This document shows, piece by piece, positions 1-6,926 of a DNA stretch of 39,500 nucleotides. Both the position numbers and the translations under genes were made by a program. The stretch is from a virus (Duplodnaviria > Caudoviricetes), in the IMG/VR virus record IMGVR_UViG_3300042526_000394, positions 1 through 39,500 of that record, one strand, 5' to 3'. The notes under the pieces were generated by a model that worked only from the letters and a program-made list of their open reading frames with translations, was not told where the DNA came from and did no database searches. How positions within the stretch are numbered: the first letter of the stretch is position 1; each line of letters begins with the position of its first letter.

Positions 1-1
1 A

Positions 2-58
2 CGATATGAACAGCTAGAATATGAATGGGCAATGGATAGGTGTTGTGGTACTAGATAA
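2..58 (+). CDS. 3' end of an upstream gene (partial; ...RYEQLEYEWAMDRCCGTR*)
   Basis: Open frame running in from the window edge and stopping just before a terminator. Confidence 0.3.
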   Translation, partial: RYEQLEYEWAMDRCCGTR

Positions 59-75
59 ACAATTATTAAAACAAT

Positions 76-107
76 ACCCAACTGCTTAAATGTAGTTGGG
101 TTTTTTT
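76..107 (+). terminator. Rho-independent terminator
   Basis: ACCCAACTGC-ttaaat-GTAGTTGGGT stem followed by a T run. Confidence 0.85.
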
Positions 108-113
108 ATTTAC

Positions 114-143
114 TTGACACATAAAAGACATGATAGGTATAAT
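114..143 (+). promoter_or_regulatory. Consensus sigma70-type promoter
   Basis: TTGACA (114-119), 18-nt spacer, TATAAT (138-143). Confidence 0.8.
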
Positions 144-150
144 TAATCTT

Positions 151-200
151 AGGGAGATTCAGTGCCAGAGCGCGAGCGTCAGGCACATGAATCTCTCCCT
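151..200 (+). ncRNA. Candidate small structured RNA or 5' leader hairpin
   Basis: Long bulged stem AGGGAG-ATTCA-GTGCC...GGCAC-a-TGAAT-ct-CTCCCT with a GCGA (GNRA) loop, starting at the predicted +1 of the consensus promoter. Confidence 0.4.
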
Positions 201-226
201 TAATTGTCTTTGCTATATACTGTGCA

Positions 227-496
227 CTAATCATCATCCTGTGCACTAGCAGAACAAAACCCCATCAGGTTATACATAGAAGCACAATAAGCCTCTAACT
301 CAACTGGGTTGTCCTGGGTGGCTACAAATGTACCATCGTTAGCTTCAATAGTCCAATATTCCACATCATCTCTAAACTTCAGCATACTACCTATAAACTT
401 ATACATCTTCCCTAGGTTTAGCTGCCAGTCACATTGATAATCTGTGTTATCTGTGAACAAAACATTGATCCTGAAACATAAGCCTCTCTTCAACAT
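227..496 (-). CDS. Hypothetical protein (89 aa)
   Basis: ORF with an AAGGGGA RBS upstream on the minus strand; fills the gap before terL. Confidence 0.6.
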   Translation of the reverse strand: MLKRGLCFRINVLFTDNTDYQCDWQLNLGKMYKFIGSMLKFRDDVEYWTIEANDGTFVATQDNPVELEAYCASMYNLMGFCSASAQDDD

Positions 497-566
497 AGTA
501 ATTCCCCTTACTTTGTGGTATAGTCAACACAGTTTGCAAGTATACTAAGTATCAAGGAAACACACA

Positions 567-2141
567 ATGTCAGCAGGCATGACTAGAGCAGAACTTGAGA
601 CAAAATTACAGCAGGCATATACTGTTGCGGAATTAGCCTCCGCGCGCAGTATAAAAGGCTATTTAGAAAGTGTAATCATAGACTCACGGCCAGAACCTAA
701 AAGGTTTGCACATGTTGCACGCCCTTGGCAGTGGAAGCGTACTGATTACATGTTATCACCTATTGAGGCTCTATGTGGTTTACGCCCTGAGTTTAAAGGG
801 CCTAGAAACACTTGGGAAACACTTCCGCGCGGACACGACAAGACTACAGGCCTAGCGCGTATATGTAATTGGGTATTAGCATTCTCTAGGAAGCCTATCG
901 AAATCGTAGCGGCAGCGGCAGATTTCGATCAGGCAGCACTACTAGTAGAGTCTATGGCAGCTGAAGCTAGACTGAATCCTTGGCTAGCTAAACGCATTGT
1001 GTATGGTGCTAAAAGAATAAAAGGCCCAGGTGGTGTATTAAAAATTCTTACAGCGGATAGTGCAACATCATTTGGTCTTAGAGCGGATTTGGTCGTTTGT
1101 GATGAAGTGACACATTGGAAGAAAAGAGATCTGTGGGATACATTGTGGTCAGGGCGACAGAAGCGCCCTGGGTCTGTGTTTGTTGTTATTACTAACGCAG
1201 GTACATTAGGATCTTGGCAACATGATATTCTAGAACAGGTAAAGACTGATGATAGCTGGACAGTCTACGAAGCACCCGGACAATTGGACTCTTGGATGGA
1301 TGCTGAAGCTATACAGCGTGATCGAGCACTTCTACCTAATGGTGTAGCGCGTAGAGTGCTAGACAATGTGTGGATAGATCCAGCAGAAGAATCAGGTTAT
1401 TTAACTAGACAGGAAATCAACCTGGGTACACAACTAGGTGCAACAAAAAACCTTGTTTACACCACCTCCGGTCTGCATGGCATGGAGTATGTTGCCGCAA
1501 TTGATTACGGAGCCAGAAGAGATAGGACTTCCATGTGTGTTATGCACCGTGATTTGGATGGTGTGTATGTGCTTGACCGTATGGACATTATACAGGGTAC
1601 ACCAGCTAACCCAGTGCCTATTGCTAGTGTTGATGCATGGATAGAAAATGTAGCTAGTAACTTCAACAATCCCACTATAATTATAGATCCTTGGCAGATG
1701 GAAGCTACAGTTCAAAAGTATGAACATCGACTGCGTTGCACTAGGTTTGATGGGCGTTCAGGTAAGAGTAATTATGAGATGGCTGAACTACTTAGAAGCC
1801 TATTGGTGAACAACCAATTAGCGTGGTATTCTGACCCTGCACCACTCATAGTTGGTAAGAGAAAAGAGACGCTTGTTGATGAGATGGCTAGCCTGATTAT
1901 CAAGACTACAGGTGCGTCTTACAGGTTCGACCACTCCAATGGCCTGCACGATGACCGCACAGTATCGATGGGCATGGCGCTAGTCACACTAGCTGCACAA
2001 CAACAGGTAGGTCCGTGGGTAGCACCGGGTAGCCTGCAAAAACCAGCACCAACAGACTATAGCCTGCGCACACCCAAGTTCAATGGCATGTTTGGGTTAG
2101 GTCTAAAACCCCAGGGCACAACTAGAAATATATTTGGTTAG
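567..2141 (+). CDS. terL: Terminase large subunit
   Basis: Walker A-like LPRGHDKTT, Walker B LVVCDE, coupling motif ITNAG, RNase H-type nuclease acidic motifs AAIDYG...D and HDDRTVS; AAGGA RBS. Confidence 0.92.
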   Translation: MSAGMTRAELETKLQQAYTVAELASARSIKGYLESVIIDSRPEPKRFAHVARPWQWKRTDYMLSPIEALCGLRPEFKGPRNTWETLPRGHDKTTGLARICNWVLAFSRKPIEIVAAAADFDQAALLVESMAAEARLNPWLAKRIVYGAKRIKGPGGVLKILTADSATSFGLRADLVVCDEVTHWKKRDLWDTLWSGRQKRPGSVFVVITNAGTLGSWQHDILEQVKTDDSWTVYEAPGQLDSWMDAEAIQRDRALLPNGVARRVLDNVWIDPAEESGYLTRQEINLGTQLGATKNLVYTTSGLHGMEYVAAIDYGARRDRTSMCVMHRDLDGVYVLDRMDIIQGTPANPVPIASVDAWIENVASNFNNPTIIIDPWQMEATVQKYEHRLRCTRFDGRSGKSNYEMAELLRSLLVNNQLAWYSDPAPLIVGKRKETLVDEMASLIIKTTGASYRFDHSNGLHDDRTVSMGMALVTLAAQQQVGPWVAPGSLQKPAPTDYSLRTPKFNGMFGLGLKPQGTTRNIFG

Positions 2142-2376
2142 CCTGCATGTGATTAGGAATAAGGGAGTGGGATAGTGCGTAATTGGTTAGCCTGCATTTA
2201 TTTTTTGAAAGTAATAAGAGACAAACAATGTAGTTGATAGCCTGCACGAAACCCTATGATTATAGGTGTTTGGGGGTGGGTTGCCTGCAACTCTTACACT
2301 GAGTATAGAGAGAGAGAAAAGGCGTGTTGCCTGCATGTCTTACACTAATGTAGGCATCGCTGCGCGATAGCCTGCA
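2134..2376 (+). repeat. Direct-repeat array of (T/A)T(A/T)GCCTGCA, 6 copies
   Basis: GCCTGCA starts at 2141, 2190, 2240, 2283, 2329 and 2370; the first two share TTGGTTAGCCTGCAT; further copies at 1942, 2032 and 2616. Confidence 0.85.
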
Positions 2377-2792
2377 ATGTGTATCAGTGTCTAATGGTGT
2401 TCGCTTCGCTCACACATTTCTTGTAGTGCACTTCGTGCACCACATCTGTAGTTGGTGGTGTTCCGGTCGCTACGCTCCCGGAACTAACGGGGCGAATTAA
2501 AGAGTTAAGATGTCTTATATACTTAATGCCGCTAGCTATCACCAAAGCCTATGTTTATAGGGGTTTCGTGACATGCACAACATTAGAGACAAAGAGTGTG
2601 CGTAAATATTTTATTGCCTGCATCGATGTGCACCAAACCCTATAAATATAGGTGTTTCGTGCATGCCTCTTTCTTCTACTGCACAATAGCGGCGAATAAC
2701 GGATATTTCTAGTCCCAATATATTTATACCTAGTGTGTGCGTAATTACAACATCGCATGTTCACCAAAGCCTATAAAAATAGGGGTTTCATC
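2245..2792. repeat. Four copies of an approximately 30-bp imperfect palindrome, CAC(C/G)AAA(G/C)CCTAT-N4-ATAGG(G/T)GTTT
   Basis: Copies at 2245-2274, 2540-2570, 2631-2661 and 2762-2792. Confidence 0.85.
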
Positions 2793-3103
2793 ACACCTAT
2801 TAGAGACACGCTTAGTGCACTATTACCTATAGTGGACATTGCAGGTAGCTAATATGCGAGTACGGCGTTTTGCGTTCAAAATGTTTTTTGCGCTAGGGGG
2901 GGGCACCCACGGGGGGGGTACCTAAAATTTACAGGACAAAAAAATGACACCCTCTTCACAAAACCTTCACACGCATATATGTGTGAGCCTACACTATGTG
3001 ATTAGTTTTGTCCAGTATGTTTCTCAGACTGAGATATAGAAGGGGGAAGCTCTAGTATAAATTTATACAGTACAAGTGCGTCTTGTAGTTGTATGTATGG
3101 TTT

Positions 3104-3144
3104 AGAGGCCTTGAACGCAATTTCAATGCGTTCTAAGGCCTCTC
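3104..3144. terminator. Long hairpin downstream of the methyltransferase, possible terminator
   Basis: AGAGGCCTT-GAACGCA...TGCGTTC-t-AAGGCCTCT inverted repeat about 20 nt past the MTase stop; no clear U tract. Confidence 0.5.
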
Positions 3145-3161
3145 TTAGGCGTTCGTCCATA

Positions 3162-4406
3162 TTAGTCCTTTAGTTTATTTATGCGTTCGCCAATCCAGCG
3201 CATCACAGGCACAGCCATAGAATTACCTAGGGCTTTGTACCTGGGTGCATCTGGACATAGTTCAGCAGGTTTGTTCTTCCACGCAATAGATGTGTAGTCA
3301 TCAGGAAATCCTTGTAACCTTTCACATTCACGAGGTGTAAGTCTTCTAACAGCCGTATTTCTAATTAGCACATTTTCGCCGCCATTATTTCTACCTTGGG
3401 CAAATGCAATATCCGAAACACATGGATCTTGTGTGCCATGCACAATGTGTGCCACCGCAGTTCGGTTATCTCCCATAACCCCCCTTAGTGTACCTGTTAA
3501 CTCCGGTATAAATCGGCTAGGATCACCTTCTCTAACTGCGATGCCGGGTTCAAAAGATATAGCAGCTAAAGGCGTGTTACCACAAACAAAAGCACAGTTA
3601 CGAGTAGTTAAATGTGCAGTAGAACTTTCTTGAGGATTATGGTGATTAGCCATGTCGTAGGTTGTAATTAGCTTACCTTCATGTGCGTACTGATCACTAA
3701 CCCCCTTAGGCCCATCAGCAGCAGCTAGTGCACCTGTAATTGGTTCACAGTATTCAATCTTATACGCACCATCACTTATTTGGATGTGGTCAATACCACG
3801 CTCTCCAAAGCCACCTGTAATAGTTCCGGTAACTTCTTTCCTCTTGTCTCTGCACGGCGGAGTATCCCTGCGCACGCTTTCGGACTCAAATAGTACCTTT
3901 TGTGCACTTTTTCTGTCTCCAAGACATCCGACAACAAACACACGCTTGCGTCTTTGGGCCAATCCGAACCACTGAGCGTCCAACACACGGTAGGCCCACC
4001 CATACCCCATGTTCCCCAACGCTGTGATGAAGGTAGAAAAATCTCTTCCTCTGTTAGATGACAACACACCGGGGACATTTTCCCAGATAGTCCACTTAGG
4101 CCGTCTACTTTCAAGGATTCTAAGGTAGGTAAGCATGATGTTACCTCTAGGGTCTTCGAGTCCTTTTCTAAGTCCTGCGATTGAGAAAGATTGGCAAGGT
4201 GTTCCTCCGACCAAAAGGTTGATTGGTGGTAGTTTCCATTTCTTGTGGTCATTAATATCTCCGTAGTTTTTAACTTTAGGGTAGTGGTGTTTTAAAACCG
4301 CACATGGAAAAGGTTCTATTTCGGAAAAACCTGCGGGTTGCCACCCTAGGTTTTCCCAAGCACAAGTTGCTGCTTCAATTCCAGAACAAACAGATAAATA
4401 CTGCAT
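3162..4406 (-). CDS. DNA (cytosine-5)-methyltransferase
   Basis: Motif I SVCSGIEA, motif IV GGTPCQSFS, motif VI WENVPG, motif VIII QRRKRVF, RRLTPRECERLQGFPD, motif X YKALGNSMAVPV; AAGGGG RBS. Confidence 0.95.
   Translation of the reverse strand: MQYLSVCSGIEAATCAWENLGWQPAGFSEIEPFPCAVLKHHYPKVKNYGDINDHKKWKLPPINLLVGGTPCQSFSIAGLRKGLEDPRGNIMLTYLRILESRRPKWTIWENVPGVLSSNRGRDFSTFITALGNMGYGWAYRVLDAQWFGLAQRRKRVFVVGCLGDRKSAQKVLFESESVRRDTPPCRDKRKEVTGTITGGFGERGIDHIQISDGAYKIEYCEPITGALAAADGPKGVSDQYAHEGKLITTYDMANHHNPQESSTAHLTTRNCAFVCGNTPLAAISFEPGIAVREGDPSRFIPELTGTLRGVMGDNRTAVAHIVHGTQDPCVSDIAFAQGRNNGGENVLIRNTAVRRLTPRECERLQGFPDDYTSIAWKNKPAELCPDAPRYKALGNSMAVPVMRWIGERINKLKD
3776..4252 (-). CDS. Nested alternative-frame protein resembling the M.EcoHK31I beta polypeptide
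   Basis: 158-aa ORF entirely inside the MTase gene, same strand, different frame; C-terminus LSDVLET...YYLSPKACAGILRRAETRGKKLP recalled from this family. Confidence 0.65.
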   Translation of the reverse strand: MTTRNGNYHQSTFWSEEHLANLSQSQDLEKDSKTLEVTSCLPTLESLKVDGLSGLSGKMSPVCCHLTEEEIFLPSSQRWGTWGMGGPTVCWTLSGSDWPKDASVCLLSDVLETEKVHKRYYLSPKACAGILRRAETRGKKLPELLQVALESVVLTTSK

Positions 4407-4492
4407 AAAACCCCTTATTTTAATGGTTATACAGTATAATCTATATTGCTACAATGTGTATAGCTAAATTGTATATAGAAGTAGAATTAATC

Positions 4493-4520
4493 TTGACTAA
4501 TAAAATACTAATGTTATCTT
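4493..4520 (+). promoter_or_regulatory. Putative promoter for the head operon
   Basis: TTGACT (4493-4498), 16-nt spacer, extended -10 TGn-TATCTT (4512-4520), in an AT-rich divergent intergenic region. Confidence 0.5.
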
Positions 4521-4599
4521 AGATAGATCCAGAAGTCTAGTTCCCCCTAGACTGGGTGCACCCACAAGAGGCCCCCGCTTAACGGCGGGGGTCCATATT

Positions 4600-5049
4600 A
4601 TGCAGGATTCTAATTTACAATTTGTACGAAGGAGTGATGGCTCTATCGCTATTACACACGGCATTAATGTAAACGACAAAAGCCAGCCATTCACTGATCA
4701 GATATTAAGCGGCGAGAAAACTATTGAAACTAGAAACTCTAAATCTCTTCACCCATATGTTGGTAGACAAATGGGAATTATTAGAACAGGTAAAGGTAAA
4801 GCACATTTAGTTGGGTACGCAACTGTAGGTGAACCTGTTCACTACGAAGACGAGAAAAGTTTTGATTTAGATTTTGAAAAGCACAGAGTTGGTAAAGATT
4901 CTAAACACTACATAGGTAAAGCTAAACCTAAAAAGGGAAAACCCGCACCAACAACAAAATGGGGATACCCATTTAACAATGTCTCTTCGATTACGCCAGT
5001 TCCAGTTACATCAAGAGGCAATGTTGCGAGAAAAATAAATAATGGCTAA
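4600..5049 (+). CDS. ASCH-domain protein
   Basis: QPFTDQILSGEKTIETR matches the ASCH GxKxxExR signature; C-terminal WGY...PVPV..RG; overlaps the portal start. Confidence 0.85.
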   Translation: MQDSNLQFVRRSDGSIAITHGINVNDKSQPFTDQILSGEKTIETRNSKSLHPYVGRQMGIIRTGKGKAHLVGYATVGEPVHYEDEKSFDLDFEKHRVGKDSKHYIGKAKPKKGKPAPTTKWGYPFNNVSSITPVPVTSRGNVARKINNG

Positions 5050-6517
5050 TGATGATGTAATACCTGATCCATTTGCACAAATACCACAAGAGCGTGGTTA
5101 CGACTTCCCACAGGCAGAGATGAAGGAAGGCCGTGTACCTGGAGATGGTGGTCAACCATTACCACACTTCATGACATTTAGTCAGGTCGTAAATTGGGCC
5201 TCACGCACATACCGTTACACATTTGACGAAGCACTAAGACACAGTGCTAAAAACACCCTTGCGATGCGGCGTGACCCTGTGATTATGGAATGTATACGGT
5301 CTAGACAGATGCCTACCTCGCAACTAGGTTGGCATTTAGAGCCACAAAACCCAGAAGATACTGCACAAACAGAAGCAGCTAAAGAACTAACCGACATAAT
5401 CAAACAAACTCCAAGATTACAGCAATTAATGATGCACCTGTTAGAAGCTATGTTCTATGGCAGGTACGCCGTTCAGCTTAATTACGAGTGGGATTTCACC
5501 ACAAAGAAACGCCGTATGTTGGTTAAGGATTTTAAACCTATCAACGGTGATAAACTTGTATTCCGGTATTCAGGCCAAGCTGGAATCCTAGTGCACGCTA
5601 CTTTTGACGGTAGTTGGGCTATTACAGACCGTGGAAGAGCACACTTCTTCACACCTGATGAGCGCGAACAAATAATAATCCACAAACACGAACCAGAAGA
5701 CGCAGATTTCTATGAGGGGGAATTAGCTGGTGGTATTCATGGCGTAGGCATCCGCAGTAAGATTTATTGGTTGTGGTATCTTCGCTCACAAGTACTCACA
5801 TTCTTAATGGACTACCTAGAAAGAATCGGCGCGGGCGGACTCACAGTGTATTACTTTGAGGCGGGTAACCCACAATCACTAGCAGAAGTTAAACAGTGTG
5901 CCGAAGAGCAAATGCGAAACAACACAATTCTATTCCCTAGATACCGTGACAACTCAACTGCGGGTCCTGGGATCGAAAGAATCGACCCATCCCCCGCTGG
6001 CGCACAGCTATTGTACGACCTTATTACGGCTTATTTTGATCAACAGATTAGAAGGTTTATAAAAGGTGCGGATGACAATGAAATGACCTCAGGAGAGGCA
6101 CAGGAGATCGGCGATACGCACTCTAGGATGGTGCGATATGACGCGCTAAATCTACAAGACACACTTACAGAAGAACTTGTTGCGGTTCTTCAAAAATATA
6201 ACTTCCCCGGACTACCGCAGATACGCTGGGTATTCGACATTGATAAGCCTAATGCAGGGGAAACCCTACAAGCAGCACAGGCGTTCTACCAGATGGGTGG
6301 AACACTCGATGAGGATGAACTTAGGGCTATTCTAGGCTTGAGCCGACCACAACCAGGTCATGCGATATTAGCACAAAATATGCCACTAAACCCGTCCACA
6401 ATGGGAAGTCAGCCAACAGGTGTGCCAACACAAGGGCAACCAGGGCCTGTGCCTGAACAAGGTGCAGAAGCGACTCAAAATCCTACACCGGACGGGGCAC
6501 AAGGCGCGGGGGCATAA
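5042..6517 (+). CDS. Portal protein (DUF935 / Mu gp29-like)
   Basis: Size and position; MRRDPVIMECIRSR, LLEAMFYGRYAVQLNY, FLMDYLERIG; low-complexity P/Q C-terminus. Confidence 0.82.
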   Translation: MANDDVIPDPFAQIPQERGYDFPQAEMKEGRVPGDGGQPLPHFMTFSQVVNWASRTYRYTFDEALRHSAKNTLAMRRDPVIMECIRSRQMPTSQLGWHLEPQNPEDTAQTEAAKELTDIIKQTPRLQQLMMHLLEAMFYGRYAVQLNYEWDFTTKKRRMLVKDFKPINGDKLVFRYSGQAGILVHATFDGSWAITDRGRAHFFTPDEREQIIIHKHEPEDADFYEGELAGGIHGVGIRSKIYWLWYLRSQVLTFLMDYLERIGAGGLTVYYFEAGNPQSLAEVKQCAEEQMRNNTILFPRYRDNSTAGPGIERIDPSPAGAQLLYDLITAYFDQQIRRFIKGADDNEMTSGEAQEIGDTHSRMVRYDALNLQDTLTEELVAVLQKYNFPGLPQIRWVFDIDKPNAGETLQAAQAFYQMGGTLDEDELRAILGLSRPQPGHAILAQNMPLNPSTMGSQPTGVPTQGQPGPVPEQGAEATQNPTPDGAQGAGA

Positions 6518-6582
6518 AGCCCCCTGCCCTTGTGTGTAATTTTAATGTTTCGTGTTCTATTTACAACCTTAGGAGTTTTGCA

Positions 6583-6909
6583 ATGGAAGAGTCTAAGAAG
6601 GACAAGTACAAAAAGTTTCAAACTAAAAAAGACACAAAAGTGCCTAAAAAAGATGATATTCCTGAAAAGGGTGAGACTATTAAAGATCAAGTAAGAAGGA
6701 CTAAAAATAAAAACTCACAAGCTAGAGCTTGGAACGACTATACCGCAATGACAGGCAAAGGTAGACCTAGGGATCAATACCAAAGAGCTTTTGGGCCTAA
6801 ATCTAAAGTACCAAAAATTAAATACGAAGCAGGTTCAGAACCCTCAGGCACAAACACACATCTACCTAACTGGGGCAAGCGCAAAGACGGATCTTCTGGC
6901 CCCTGCTAA
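6583..6909 (+). CDS. Small basic (Lys-rich) head-associated hypothetical protein
   Basis: Start moved to ATG 6583, which follows an AGGAG RBS (6571-6575). Confidence 0.7.
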   Translation: MEESKKDKYKKFQTKKDTKVPKKDDIPEKGETIKDQVRRTKNKNSQARAWNDYTAMTGKGRPRDQYQRAFGPKSKVPKIKYEAGSEPSGTNTHLPNWGKRKDGSSGPC

Positions 6910-6926
6910 CAACTAAGGAAAACACA

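Noticed and set aside
2134-2376. CRISPR array
   Set aside because: Conserved unit is only 7-15 nt and non-palindromic, the period varies from 41 to 50 nt, and no cas genes are in the window; kept as an unexplained repeat array
2555-2767. 70-aa minus-strand ORF in the control region
   Set aside because: No clear RBS, runs through three palindromic sites, and has no protein-like features
4404-4432. Possible further copy of the CCTAT-N4-ATAGG palindrome at the MTase start
   Set aside because: The core does not match; the C run is explained by the MTase RBS on the minus strand
4497-4694. 65-aa minus-strand ORF
   Set aside because: Antisense to the ASCH gene and the structured leader; likely spurious
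6503-6540. GC hairpin spanning the portal stop codon as a terminator
   Set aside because: The stem (GCGGGGGC/GCCCCCTGC) is real, but the T tract is interrupted and the operon continues; function cannot be assigned
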